64,000 bases of DNA from Candidatus Eremiobacteria bacterium (GTDB taxonomy: Bacteria; Vulcanimicrobiota; Vulcanimicrobiia; Vulcanimicrobiales; Vulcanimicrobiaceae): contig CAVWUU010000001.1 in NCBI GenBank assembly GCA_963758295.1, forward strand, positions 151,274-215,273, given 5' to 3'. Shown piece after piece: positions 37,635 through 46,975 of the stretch (the first letter of the stretch is position 1; each line of letters starts with the position of its first letter). Below the pieces are notes generated by a model. That model saw nothing but the letters and a program-made list of their open reading frames with translations, searched no databases and was not told the origin of the DNA. The translations under genes were made by a program, and so were the position numbers.

Positions 37635-38915
37635 GTGCGAAAACGGCGGCCGGAATGGCGATGGGCCGCGGCGCTCGGCGTCGCGCTGTTTCTTTTGTGT
37701 GGTGTGCGGTCATTTGCCGAGGAACGGCCGGGCGAATGGACGCAGTTCCGGCAGAACCCTCGCAATAACGCGGTTGTCGCGAGCGATCTGCGGGCGAAGT
37801 GGCGGATAGAAACCGGTTTCTCGTTTTCGTCAAGTCCGAGCGTATCGGGAACAACGCTTTTCATTGGCAACAACGGCGGCGAGCTTTACGCGGTCGACCT
37901 GCGCAACGGCAACGTGCGTTGGCAAAAACGTGTGTCGGCGCCTTTGATGTCGAATCCGATTCTCTGGAAAAACCTCGTCATCGTCGGCGAGGGAAACCAG
38001 AACTCGTTCAATGGCGACGACGTCCATCCGGTCATCGTGGGCAACGGTGAGAACGCGCTCATCGCGTATGACGCAAAGACCGGTGAAGAACGCTGGCAGC
38101 TGCCGCTGCATGGCAGCGGAATGCCGACCGCCGCGATCGTTCACGGCATGCTTTTGCATCACGACGGCTCCGGCGAATTCATCGCAGCCGATCCCGCAAC
38201 CGGTCAAGTCACGTACCGGCGCGATCTCAAAAGCGTCGCCTCCATGAGCGCGATCCTTCCCATCGGCAACGGCACCGTCGTGACAAACGGCATGCAGCCC
38301 ACCGCCGTGCAAGCGCTCGACGTGCGCACCGGCAATCCGGTCTGGTCATACGCTTTCGACGCGTCGGCGTCGGGTGTCGGCGATTGTCCGGCAGCGGCGG
38401 GAAACGGCTACATCGTTTGCGATTACGTCTCCGCCACGCACGGTGCAGCGCTGCACGTCGGCGACGACGCAGTCGAGCACGCGTATGCTTTGAGCGCAAC
38501 ATCCGGCACGCTGTTATGGGACACAAAATTCGATGATGCCGGCACGCTGCCGCAAGGAAACGAATCGGCGATTCCGCTCGTGAGCGGCGGTACGGCGTTT
38601 ATCGGCAGCGCCGTCGCGCCGGCGATGAACGCCATCAACACGGCGACCGGGAAAGTCCTGTGGCACCTGGTCGTTCGCGGTCCGGTCAAAGACGGACCGG
38701 TTGAAAAGAACGGTGCGATTTACTTCGGCGATTTAGGCGGCTACTTGTGGGCCGTCGATGCCGCTACCGGCAACGCCATCGGCAGAAAGAACGTCGGCGT
38801 ACCATTCAACGTCGGATCTCCCGTCATCGTCGGAAACACCCTTGTGATCGGCAGCCAAACGGGGGCGCTCATCGCCCTGCCGCTCGATGAAGTGCGCCGG
38901 TCGCAGGATGGGTAA
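37635..38915 (+). CDS. secreted PQQ-like / BamB-like beta-propeller repeat protein
   Basis: Signal peptide [19 protein letters not shown]. Repeated motifs of the type G.LYAVD...G...W ([57 protein letters not shown]) are typical of PQQ-like propeller blades. Confidence 0.75.
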   Translation: MRKRRPEWRWAAALGVALFLLCGVRSFAEERPGEWTQFRQNPRNNAVVASDLRAKWRIETGFSFSSSPSVSGTTLFIGNNGGELYAVDLRNGNVRWQKRVSAPLMSNPILWKNLVIVGEGNQNSFNGDDVHPVIVGNGENALIAYDAKTGEERWQLPLHGSGMPTAAIVHGMLLHHDGSGEFIAADPATGQVTYRRDLKSVASMSAILPIGNGTVVTNGMQPTAVQALDVRTGNPVWSYAFDASASGVGDCPAAAGNGYIVCDYVSATHGAALHVGDDAVEHAYALSATSGTLLWDTKFDDAGTLPQGNESAIPLVSGGTAFIGSAVAPAMNAINTATGKVLWHLVVRGPVKDGPVEKNGAIYFGDLGGYLWAVDAATGNAIGRKNVGVPFNVGSPVIVGNTLVIGSQTGALIALPLDEVRRSQDG

Positions 38916-38919
38916 ACCC
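38878..38919 (+). repeat. direct repeat B, copy 1 (3' end of the propeller gene)
   Basis: tgccgctcgatgaagtgcgccggtcgcaggatgggtaaaccc recurs at 40283-40324 with 2 mismatches by hand alignment. Confidence 0.85.
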
Positions 38920-38922
38920 GAA

Positions 38923-39042
38923 GCCGGCTGCACGGCCGTCATCGCACCCGGCGGATCGGTTCGAGACGGAGAAGTCATCGCGGCTGCCGATCGCCTTGGC
39001 GTCTCGCTCGTATTCTCGAACTACCGATATTTCCTACACTAA
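38923..39042 (+). pseudogene. orphan duplicate of the purH 3' end (last ~39 codons plus stop)
   Basis: It encodes [39 protein letters not shown], versus the purH end [39 protein letters not shown]. Over the last 108 nt I count about 19 differences, almost all synonymous. There is no upstream coding continuation. Confidence 0.85.
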
Positions 39043-39080
39043 GAGTGTTCTGCAGGGCACGGGCATAATGCTGTGACCCT

Positions 39081-39518
39081 TTAAGCGTACACCTTGTGGC
39101 TTGCGATCGAACTGTATTGGCCGACAATAAGTTGCGTTTCGATCAGTTCTTTATTCTCGCCGGTTAGCAGTGTCAATGCGTACTTACCGGGCCGCGAAAA
39201 GACTACATTCTCTAAATCAACACCGTGAATAAAAAAATCCCCATCCGGCAGTATCGGCGGACAATGCAAACGCTGATCGTCCGTTTCAGGACACGAAACA
39301 AGCAAATCGATGCTCGTCGCGCCTTCGACTTCCGCCCACGTAGACGCCAAGTACAATGACGTACGGTCAGAGCGCTTGCTGCTATGAGGCGGGAACGCCG
39401 ATGTTCCTAAATCGCGAAGGCGGCTTGGAAATCTTGTCAGCCGGAGTCGTTCGACAACACCTAGCCAGTCGGCCGAAGTCTCGTTGACAACAACTTTTTG
39501 GCAAATGGCGAACCGCAT
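39081..39518 (-). CDS. hypothetical protein in the low-GC cassette
   Basis: ATG 39518 (MRFAICQKVVVNETSADWLGVVERL...) lies 4 nt after the upstream membrane-protein stop. GC is visibly lower than the surroundings. The pattern (F.P.GKY.L.L...) vaguely recalls small beta-sandwich DUF families. The alternative start is 39578. Confidence 0.45.
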   Translation of the reverse strand: MRFAICQKVVVNETSADWLGVVERLRLTRFPSRLRDLGTSAFPPHSSKRSDRTSLYLASTWAEVEGATSIDLLVSCPETDDQRLHCPPILPDGDFFIHGVDLENVVFSRPGKYALTLLTGENKELIETQLIVGQYSSIASHKVYA

Positions 39519-39522
39519 AGCT

Positions 39523-39807
39523 TCACAGGGCGATCCGCCGCTTAGGGAGGTCTTCGCCCTTAATCGCGGCAACCGCAAAAATGACCGTTCCGACTACGAG
39601 CGCCACATTCCCAACGGACAGAAATCTGGAATCGCGCATTGCGACCGTTGCCAGGACGCTGGCTGTTATCCCGAAAAGCCAAACTATGTACGATGCTTTA
39701 ACCAGCAAAGACGTTGGTGGAATGGATCTCCAGCCCCTGAAGAGCAGAAGCGAGATACAAAGCTGAGCAGCCATCATCGCAAAGTGGCTGGAGTCCAAAT
39801 GGACCAT
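39523..39807 (-). CDS. hypothetical small membrane protein in the low-GC cassette
   Basis: The ATG at 39807 is preceded by GAGGT. About three hydrophobic helices are present (AAQLCISLLLF, IVWLFGITASVLATVA, VALVVGTVIFAVAAI). Confidence 0.5.
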   Translation of the reverse strand: MVHLDSSHFAMMAAQLCISLLLFRGWRSIPPTSLLVKASYIVWLFGITASVLATVAMRDSRFLSVGNVALVVGTVIFAVAAIKGEDLPKRRIAL

Positions 39808-40282
39808 TGTTACCTCGGGCAACTGAGAAAAATAGCTAGTGCCTGATCTGGTTGCGCGAGTTATCGCTGAAGTCTTGCGGTGTCGCTCCAGGAATATACA
39901 TTACGTCTCCTTAGTTCTTAGGTGCGTCCATGCAACGGGATTAAACTCTTCGAGTTTCCACATCCCCGCAATGGCTTATCGCTTCCAAGAATTAGTTTGC
40001 AATAGCCGGGTCTTGAGACAAAGTACCTGATACTACCGCTACCCGGAAAGATTCTTTGACGTATTGCGTCCGAGCTCACGTGAAAAGTGGCCGGCGATTA
40101 TGGATCGCTGCGCCATGAGCGTCATGGCGTTCATGCTGAGTCTGTGTGAGCGAAGCTCGTTCGCGGAAGAGCCTCGGCTCAATGAACGTGCGGCACCATC
40201 AGGAGCCGTATGGCGAGCCAATTGAAAATGCTTGATCGCGCGATCTCGCACTCGGCATTCCGTGAGCCCACTGTCACGGGAA

Positions 40283-40324
40283 TGCCGCTCGATGAGGTGC
40301 GCCGGTCGCAGGATGGGTAAATCC
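40283..40324 (+). repeat. direct repeat B, copy 2 (orphan copy of the propeller-gene 3' end)
   Basis: tgccgctcgatgaggtgcgccggtcgcaggatgggtaaatcc. Similarity to the propeller gene starts abruptly here. The upstream sequence is not propeller-like. Confidence 0.85.
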
Positions 40325-40329
40325 CTAGT

Positions 40330-40731
40330 ATGCCGAGCTTCTTGCATACGTCTATTTTCGTTAACGACATGAATGAATCGATCGGATTCTATCGCGACAA
40401 ATTAGGATTGAAACTCCTGGACGGCCCATTCCACTATCCCGGAAATGCCGACATGGCGTTCGTCGGCAACGATTGGAATTCGTATATCGAGCTGGTGTAC
40501 GACTTGGAAGAGCACCCGCCGTACGAGCTGGGAAACCGGTACGAACATCTAGCCCTCGTTTCGGACGGCGATCTCAAAGAGTACGTTGATGAATTGAAAC
40601 GCAAAGGCGTAAAGATTCTCAAGGACGTCTACAAGTCGCCCGGCGGAACGCGCGCGATCGCCTTCATCGAAGATCCCAACGGCATCCCGGTTGAATTGCT
40701 GGAGCCGCGAAAAGCGAAGTCGCTCGCTTAG
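40330..40731 (+). CDS. VOC-family protein (glyoxalase I / lactoylglutathione lyase-like)
   Basis: 133 aa with the beta-alpha-beta-beta-beta module pattern (HTSIFVNDMNESIGFYRDKLGLK ... YEHLALVSDG ... AFIEDPNGIPVELLE). GC is lower than the window average. Confidence 0.8.
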   Translation: MPSFLHTSIFVNDMNESIGFYRDKLGLKLLDGPFHYPGNADMAFVGNDWNSYIELVYDLEEHPPYELGNRYEHLALVSDGDLKEYVDELKRKGVKILKDVYKSPGGTRAIAFIEDPNGIPVELLEPRKAKSLA

Positions 40732-40997
40732 TGCGGCGCCCCGCGCCGCTCGTTAACGATGATGTATGCAAGGATCGTTGCGGAAACGAGCGTCAGCCAC
40801 AAGTTCGTAAGCGCGACCGGGATGGAATGGATCGCGAAGGCGTAGGGCACGTAGAGCAACGAGCCAAGCGCAATCAACCCATAAGTCCACTTTGAGAGAT
40901 CCGCCGTGTCCCGCGTACGGACGACTTTCAGCAGTTGCGGAATCTGCGTGACGGCGACGATCAGCGTCGCCGCGTAGCCAAGAAGCTCGATGCCCAT
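40728..40997 (-). CDS. SemiSWEET / PQ-loop family small transporter
   Basis: 89 aa from ATG 40997 with three TM helices and the PQ motif (TQIPQLLKVVRTRDTADLS). The longer track ORF start at 41141 overlaps hisS. Confidence 0.65.
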   Translation of the reverse strand: MGIELLGYAATLIVAVTQIPQLLKVVRTRDTADLSKWTYGLIALGSLLYVPYAFAIHSIPVALTNLWLTLVSATILAYIIVNERRGAPH

Positions 40998-41080
40998 CGA
41001 CCGCTTTTTCCCGCCCGGCAAGCGACCTATATCGCAGGGCTCTAGGATTCGCCTCCGGCCTTTAGAACCAGGCTCAGGCC

Positions 41081-42352
41081 ATGCCGTCCAAGATAACCGC
41101 GCCGCGCGGCACGCAAGACATTCTGCCGCCGCAGTCGGCACAGTGGCACGCGCTCGAAACTCGCATTCACGAGCTTGCGCGCCGCTCCGGCTATAGCGAA
41201 ATCCGAACGCCGACTTTCGAGTCGACGGATCTCTTCGTGCGCGGCGTCGGCGAGACGACCGACATCGTCGAAAAAGAAATGTACACGTTCGTCGACAAAG
41301 GCGATCGCAGCATGACGCTGCGCCCGGAGTGGACGGCGCCGGTCGTACGTGCCGCGTTGGAACACAACCTCTTCACGCAAGGACCTCAGCGGCTGTATTA
41401 CATCGGGCCGATCTACCGCTACGAGCGGCCGCAAAAAGGCCGCTACCGGCAAGCGCATCAGTTCGGCGTGGAATGCACCGGATATCAAGGTCCCGAAGCC
41501 GATTTGGAAGTGATTGCGCTCGCGTGGGAACTGGTGCGGAGCTGCCACATCAACGACGCCGTGCTGAATGTCAATTCCATCGGCGACGACGTTTGCCGTC
41601 CGCGCTATCGTGAGGCTTTGCTCGAGCACTTCCGGCCGCATCTTGCCGAGCTTTCGGAGGATTCGCAACGCCGCCTGGAACGCAATCCGTTGCGTTTGCT
41701 CGACAGTAAAGATGAAAAGGACCGGCGGTTCGTCGAGACCGCGCCGACGTTTGAATCGGTGCTGTGCGACGATTGCCGCGCCCACTTTGAAACGTTGAAA
41801 GCCTACCTCGACGCGGTCGGCATCCCGTACGTCGTAAACTCGCGGATCGTGCGCGGCTTGGATTATTACACCCGCACGGTTTTCGAGATCGTATCGAGCG
41901 CGCTCGGCGCGCAGTCGACCGTTTGCGGCGGCGGGCGGTACGACGGCCTCGTGCGATCGCTCGGCGGTCCCGACGTGCCGGCGGTCGGCTTCGCTCTGGG
42001 GATCGAACGGTTCTTGATGATGCTCGAAGCCCTTAGTACAGAGCCGGCCGGGGCTCGCAGCGGCGTGCAGGCGATCGCATTGGGTGCGCAGGCACGCGCC
42101 GTTTTGGTTCCGCTGGTGGCCCGCTGGCGCCGCGAGCTTCGTCAGCCGGTCTTCATGGATTTCGAGGAACGCAAGGTTCCGGCGCAATTCAAGATTGCCG
42201 ACCGGAACGGCGCCCGTTACGCGGCGATCCTCGGTTCGAACGAAATTGCAGCGGGCGAGCTGATCTTACGCGATTTGGAAACGCGCACCGAACGCCGCCT
42301 GGCGCTCGAGGGAGCAGACCTTGCGGCTGAGCTTGGCGAAGGCAACGCATAA
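41081..42352 (+). CDS. hisS: histidine--tRNA ligase
   Basis: PRGTQDILP start, class II motifs (YRYERPQKGRYRQAHQFG, GGGRYDGL) and a C-terminal anticodon-binding domain. Confidence 0.95.
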   Translation: MPSKITAPRGTQDILPPQSAQWHALETRIHELARRSGYSEIRTPTFESTDLFVRGVGETTDIVEKEMYTFVDKGDRSMTLRPEWTAPVVRAALEHNLFTQGPQRLYYIGPIYRYERPQKGRYRQAHQFGVECTGYQGPEADLEVIALAWELVRSCHINDAVLNVNSIGDDVCRPRYREALLEHFRPHLAELSEDSQRRLERNPLRLLDSKDEKDRRFVETAPTFESVLCDDCRAHFETLKAYLDAVGIPYVVNSRIVRGLDYYTRTVFEIVSSALGAQSTVCGGGRYDGLVRSLGGPDVPAVGFALGIERFLMMLEALSTEPAGARSGVQAIALGAQARAVLVPLVARWRRELRQPVFMDFEERKVPAQFKIADRNGARYAAILGSNEIAAGELILRDLETRTERRLALEGADLAAELGEGNA

Positions 42353-42354
42353 AC

Positions 42355-42816
42355 ATGGCACACGAAGAAGAACACGAGACGATCTCGTCGCTGCTCGAAA
42401 TCATGCACGAGCACGATCTCGACCGGATCAAAGTCAAAATGGGCGATGCGGTGTACGAGCTGGTACGTCGCGAAGCGGGCGCTCAGCTCGTCGCGCCGAT
42501 GCATGCGGTCACGCAGGCTGCCTCTACGGCAGCGGCAGCGGCCGCACCGGAACCCGGGGCCGCTGCCTTGCCCGCAAATGCCAAACGTATCACCGCTCCG
42601 CTCACGGGCGTTTTCTATCGCTCGTCGTCGCCCGATGCCGAGCCGTTCGTGAGCGCTGGTTCACGCGTCGAGAACGGCGATGTGCTGTGCATCTTGGAAG
42701 CGATGAAACTTTTCAACGAAATCCAAAGCGACTACAGCGGCACGATCTTGCGCATTTTTCCTGAAAACGGGGAACTCGTCTCCCAAGGCGAGGATCTCTT
42801 CTGGGTTCAACCGTGA
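42355..42816 (+). CDS. accB: biotin carboxyl carrier protein (AccB-like)
   Basis: Ala/Pro-rich linker, then a biotinyl domain with the EAMKL motif (CILEAMKLFNEI). Confidence 0.85.
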   Translation: MAHEEEHETISSLLEIMHEHDLDRIKVKMGDAVYELVRREAGAQLVAPMHAVTQAASTAAAAAAPEPGAAALPANAKRITAPLTGVFYRSSSPDAEPFVSAGSRVENGDVLCILEAMKLFNEIQSDYSGTILRIFPENGELVSQGEDLFWVQP

Positions 42817-43406
42817 TCGACGTCAAAGGCAAGCGCGGCTTCGCGGAGTTGATCGCCGAGCGGCGGAATCTTCTCGATGCGCCGCACTATCAGACGCAGG
42901 TGGAAGCCATCGCCGATGCGCTCGTCGAGGCGTTGCGCGCGAACAAAAAGGTGCTTTGGTGCGGAAATGGCGGAAGCGCCGCCGAGGCGCAGCATATGGC
43001 CGCGGAGCTTTCCGGCCGGTTCTTACGCGAACGCCCGGGCCTTTATAGCGAAGCGCTTTCCGTAAATACCTCGACCCTCACCTGCGTGGGCAACGATTAC
43101 GGCTATGACTACATCTTCTCGCGTCAAGTCGAAGCGTTTGCCCAGCCGGGCGACGTCCTTATCGGCATGACGACGAGCGGCACGTCGAAGAACGTGGTGC
43201 TCGCGCTGGAAGCCGCAAAGAAAAAGGGCGCGATTACCGTGGCCTTCACCGGCAACGGGGGCGGAACAGTCGCGGAAATTTCCGATCTCGTCCTGATGGG
43301 ACCGGACGGCTATGCGGCCATCGTTCAAGAGGTGCATCAGGTCATGGCGCACATCGTCTGCGACCTGGTCGAACAGCGCCTCATATTCGAGGACGGCATC
43401 GCGTGA
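42813..43406 (+). CDS. gmhA: D-sedoheptulose-7-phosphate isomerase (SIS domain)
   Basis: GNGGSAAEAQHMAAEL, TSGTSKNV and QEVHQVMAHIVC are typical of GmhA. It is followed by heptose kinase and adenylyltransferase genes. Confidence 0.88.
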   Translation: MIDVKGKRGFAELIAERRNLLDAPHYQTQVEAIADALVEALRANKKVLWCGNGGSAAEAQHMAAELSGRFLRERPGLYSEALSVNTSTLTCVGNDYGYDYIFSRQVEAFAQPGDVLIGMTTSGTSKNVVLALEAAKKKGAITVAFTGNGGGTVAEISDLVLMGPDGYAAIVQEVHQVMAHIVCDLVEQRLIFEDGIA

Positions 43407-44389
43407 GCGCACCGGTCCTAATGGCAAACGACGCGCGGACGCTGTTCGAGCGCATGCGCGGCCGCCGCATTCTCGTCGTCGGCGATCTGATGATCGACGA
43501 ATGGATTTGGGGAAGCGTCAGCCGCATTTCGCCCGAGGCGCCGGTTCCGGTGGTCGCGGTGACGGATCATTCGTTTACGCTCGGCGGCGCGGGAAACGTT
43601 GCCAACAATCTTCGCGCGCTCGATGCCGAGGTGGATTTCGTGGGCACGATCGGTGACGATGCGTTCGCCGCCGACGTGCGCCGCATGCTGCAGGCCGAAA
43701 ACGTGGGCCATACCGGCGTTTTCGCGGTCGGCGACCGGCCGACGACGCGCAAGACGCGCATCGTTGCACACAACCAGCAAGTCGTGCGTGCCGATTGGGA
43801 ATCGAGTAAAGCCTTACGCAACGGCGACCGCGAGCGCATCGTTGCCTACGTACGCGACCGCGCGGCCCAATGCGACGCCGTTATTTTAAGCGACTACGCC
43901 AAAGGACTGCTTTCGCGCGATATCGTCGAGGCTGCCTCGGCTTGCGCCCTCGTACTGGCCGATCCGAAGCCGCAAAACATCGACTTATTCTCGGGCGTAA
44001 CGTGTCTCGCGCCGAACGTGCACGAGGCGAGCGCCGCCAGCGGCATTCAAATCGTTGACAACGACTCGTTGCGTCGCGCCGGTGCGCGTTTGCTCGAGCG
44101 GTTGCAGTGCCGCTACATCGTCATTACTCGCGGCGAACACGGCATGTCGCTCTTTGGACGCGACGGCGAACGCTTCGACATTCCGTCGGTTGCGCGCAAG
44201 GTGTTCGACGTTTCCGGTGCAGGCGATACGGTTATCGCCGTGCTTTCGCTGGCGCTTGCGGCCGGCGCATCGGTCGAGCGCGCAATGCAGCTTGCCAATT
44301 TCGCAGCCGGAGCAGTCGTCGAAAAGCTCGGAACGGCAACGGCATCGGCGGAAGAAATCTTGTCCCTGGTCGAGCATGGACACGCCTAA
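43403..44389 (+). CDS. hldA: D-glycero-beta-D-manno-heptose-7-phosphate kinase (PfkB family; RfaE domain I as a separate protein)
   Basis: ILVVGDLMIDEWIWG...PVPVV...GGAGNVANNL, and C-terminal DVSGAGDTVIA (PfkB signature). Overlaps neighbours by 4 and 14 nt. Confidence 0.85.
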   Translation: MSAPVLMANDARTLFERMRGRRILVVGDLMIDEWIWGSVSRISPEAPVPVVAVTDHSFTLGGAGNVANNLRALDAEVDFVGTIGDDAFAADVRRMLQAENVGHTGVFAVGDRPTTRKTRIVAHNQQVVRADWESSKALRNGDRERIVAYVRDRAAQCDAVILSDYAKGLLSRDIVEAASACALVLADPKPQNIDLFSGVTCLAPNVHEASAASGIQIVDNDSLRRAGARLLERLQCRYIVITRGEHGMSLFGRDGERFDIPSVARKVFDVSGAGDTVIAVLSLALAAGASVERAMQLANFAAGAVVEKLGTATASAEEILSLVEHGHA

Positions 44390-44873
44390 GTTCTTCGGCA
44401 ATATATTCCAGGCCGAGGCCGCGGTCGAGTGGCGCGAAGCACAGGGCGCCGAAGGCCATCGCGTAGTCTTTACCAACGGCTGTTTCGACGTAATGCATGC
44501 GGGACACGCCGGCTATCTCGCGTGGGCGCGATCGCAGGGAGACGTGCTGATCGTGGGCCTGAACTCCGACGCTTCCGTGCGCCAACTCAAAGGCGAACGC
44601 CGTCCTCTCGTTCCGTTCGAAGATCGCGCGACGCTGCTTGCGGCGCTGCGAAGCGTCGACGCCGTCGTCGGATTTTCAGAACGCACGCCGGAGTCGATCA
44701 TCGACCGCATCAAGCCCGACGTTTTCGTAAAGAGCGCGCAGTACCGCGAAGACGAGCTTCCCGAACGGACCGTCGTGCGCAAACACGGTGGTGAAATTCT
44801 GCTGGCTCCGCATCTCGCAGGCCATAGCACGACCGACATCATCGCGGAGATCATCTCCCGCTACGGGGCATAA
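44376..44873 (+). CDS. hldC: D-glycero-beta-D-manno-heptose-1-phosphate adenylyltransferase (cytidylyltransferase fold; RfaE domain II)
   Basis: VVFTNGCFDVMHAGHAGYL (HxGH motif) and LIVGLNSDASVRQLKG. ATG at 44376 within the ORF-track frame. Confidence 0.85.
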   Translation: MDTPKFFGNIFQAEAAVEWREAQGAEGHRVVFTNGCFDVMHAGHAGYLAWARSQGDVLIVGLNSDASVRQLKGERRPLVPFEDRATLLAALRSVDAVVGFSERTPESIIDRIKPDVFVKSAQYREDELPERTVVRKHGGEILLAPHLAGHSTTDIIAEIISRYGA

Positions 44874-44876
44874 GCC

Positions 44877-46094
44877 GTGCGAATCGCGCTGACGGCAAAC
44901 GGACCGGGCGAAGTCGCCGGGTGGGTACGGCCGCTGGTTCGCCGCCTCTACGAACGCGCGCCCGATACCGACATCTATTTATTTCTCGTTCCCGACGATT
45001 ACGCGACCGGTCACGAGGCCGAAATGGCGCGCCGGCTTTTTCCGAGCGCCCATGTTTTTGATCCTAAAGCCTATGTTCGCGTTGCGCTCGGGCGAAGCGC
45101 GGAGAACTTGCCGCAAAACGTGGACGTAGTCCAGTATCTGGGCGGCGATTTGATGCATGCCATGCGGCTGCACGGCCGTTTCGGCGGCGCCGCCTCGACG
45201 TACAAATTCTCCAAGCAGTCGTACTCGCCGAAGTGGCAACGGGCGTTCGCCGTTGACTGGAAAAGCGTCGAACAACTGCGCGGTTGGAAAGTTCCCGAAG
45301 AGCGCATCATAACGGTCGGCAACCTCGCGATCGATGGAGCGTTACTTGAAGCGCAAGCGCCGCTCGAAGAAGGCGCGCCTCAGGACGGCATTTTGGTGAT
45401 GCCCGGTTCGCGCACGTACGAAGTGGAGCACATGATCCCGTTTTTCTTCACGGCCGCGTTGCGCATCGTGCAAGAACGCCCCGGCACACCCATTGCTTTT
45501 GGGATTTCGCCATTTACGCCGCTGCGCGACGTACGAAAGGCTGTCGAACGCGGCGGCGATTCGCGCGTGTTCGCGCAACGTGGCCGATTGGTCGAGGAGA
45601 ACGGGCGCGCCTGGCTCGTTTCGCTCGACGGCAGCGCGCGATTTCCCGTGTTGCACAATGCGCTTGCCGCGGCGACACGCGCGCGATTGGTGCTCACTCT
45701 GCCGGGAACGAAGTGCATCGAACTGGCGATTCTGGGCGTCCCGATGGTTGCCATTACGCCGTTGAACGCTCCGGAGAAGATCGCGTTCAACGGGCCGCTG
45801 ACCTATCTCGATCGCATTCCGTTTGTCGGCGTGCCGTTGAAGCGCAACGTCGCGGTGGCGGTCTCCAAACGCTTCAAGTACCACACGCAGCCGAACATCG
45901 ATGCCGGCGCCATGGTTATCGAAGAACTCCACGGAACGCTCACGCCCGGGCGCGTTGCGCGCGTCGCATTAGAGCGCTTCGACGATGCGGATTGGCTTGC
46001 GCTGTCTAAGAAGCGGCTGGCCTCGCTGTACGAAAGTCACGTGGGGGCGGCAGACCGCATGGCCGAATCGCTTCTCGAACTCGGCGGTTCATAG
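44877..46094 (+). CDS. LpxB-like (GT19-like, lipid-A-disaccharide synthase-related) glycosyltransferase
   Basis: Motif order resembles LpxB: NGPGEVAGW near the N-terminus, VMPGSRTYEVEHMIPFF, LPGTKCIELAILGVPMV and PNIDAGAMVIEEL. The assignment is from remembered consensus only. Confidence 0.5.
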   Translation: MRIALTANGPGEVAGWVRPLVRRLYERAPDTDIYLFLVPDDYATGHEAEMARRLFPSAHVFDPKAYVRVALGRSAENLPQNVDVVQYLGGDLMHAMRLHGRFGGAASTYKFSKQSYSPKWQRAFAVDWKSVEQLRGWKVPEERIITVGNLAIDGALLEAQAPLEEGAPQDGILVMPGSRTYEVEHMIPFFFTAALRIVQERPGTPIAFGISPFTPLRDVRKAVERGGDSRVFAQRGRLVEENGRAWLVSLDGSARFPVLHNALAAATRARLVLTLPGTKCIELAILGVPMVAITPLNAPEKIAFNGPLTYLDRIPFVGVPLKRNVAVAVSKRFKYHTQPNIDAGAMVIEELHGTLTPGRVARVALERFDDADWLALSKKRLASLYESHVGAADRMAESLLELGGS

Positions 46095-46099
46095 AAGAT

Positions 46100-46975
46100 A
46101 TGCGAATCTCGATCGTGATTGCGACCAAAGACCGGCAACGGTACCTCGAGCGCGCGCTTGCATCGCTCGAGGCGCAGGCCGGCGCGCCGTCGTTCGAGGT
46201 TATCGTCGTCGACAACGGATCCGGCGACGACACCAAAGGCGTTACCGAACGGCAAGCCGCTCGAGGTGCCTTTCCGGTAAACTACGTCTTGGAGCCCGAG
46301 CCAAATCGCGGCAAGGCCCGCAATCGCGGCGTAGCGACCGCCTCGGGATATCTCGTGTTGTTCTGCGACGACGACGTGCAATTGCCGCCGGGCTTTCTTG
46401 CGGCGCATGAGGCGGCGCACTCTACTTCCAACTTGGTCGTGAACGGGCCGATTTTGAACGTCGAATCGTATGACGACCAGCCCAAACCGGTCGCCGGGAA
46501 CTATTCCCGTGCGTTTCTATGCACGTGCAACGTGTCGGTCCCCAAACACGCCCTCGACGCAGTCGGCGCGTTCGACGAATCCTTCGATCTCTACGGATGG
46601 GAAGACACCGAGCTCGGCGTCCGTTTGCGCGAGCACGGCATGCGGTGGAAATTTGCGTGGGACGCGTATTTGTGGCACATCAAGCCGCCGACGGAAAACA
46701 CGCTCGAACTTGAAACGCGGAAAGCGCTCGAAAAAGCGCGCATGGCGCGCCATTTCCTCGAGAAGCAGCCGTCGCCGCGGGCTCGTATGGCGACGGGTGC
46801 ACACGGCATGAACTTGTTGCGTGGGCGTTATTTGCTGCCTGATTCGCTGCTCGCCGTTTACGCCGGAATTGCCACTGCTGAAAAGGCACCGGCGGCGCTA
46901 CGCGCGCTTGCGCGCGCACAATTTCTCGACGGCATGTATACGCGCGAGTTAATCCGCGTGCTCGACGAAAAATGA
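46100..46975 (+). CDS. family 2 glycosyltransferase (paralog a)
   Basis: ISIVIATKDR...VIVVDNGSGDDT...FCDDD (DxD), and YGWEDTELGVRL. Confidence 0.85.
   Translation: MRISIVIATKDRQRYLERALASLEAQAGAPSFEVIVVDNGSGDDTKGVTERQAARGAFPVNYVLEPEPNRGKARNRGVATASGYLVLFCDDDVQLPPGFLAAHEAAHSTSNLVVNGPILNVESYDDQPKPVAGNYSRAFLCTCNVSVPKHALDAVGAFDESFDLYGWEDTELGVRLREHGMRWKFAWDAYLWHIKPPTENTLELETRKALEKARMARHFLEKQPSPRARMATGAHGMNLLRGRYLLPDSLLAVYAGIATAEKAPAALRALARAQFLDGMYTRELIRVLDEK

Noticed and set aside
40039-40347. 102-aa minus-strand ORF, and a 36-aa plus-strand ORF ending in [10 protein letters not shown], in the spacer before the VOC gene.
   Set aside because: Both owe their apparent conservation only to repeat B, the duplicated propeller-gene end. 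Upstream sequence has no propeller-like or other coding signature and no RBS.
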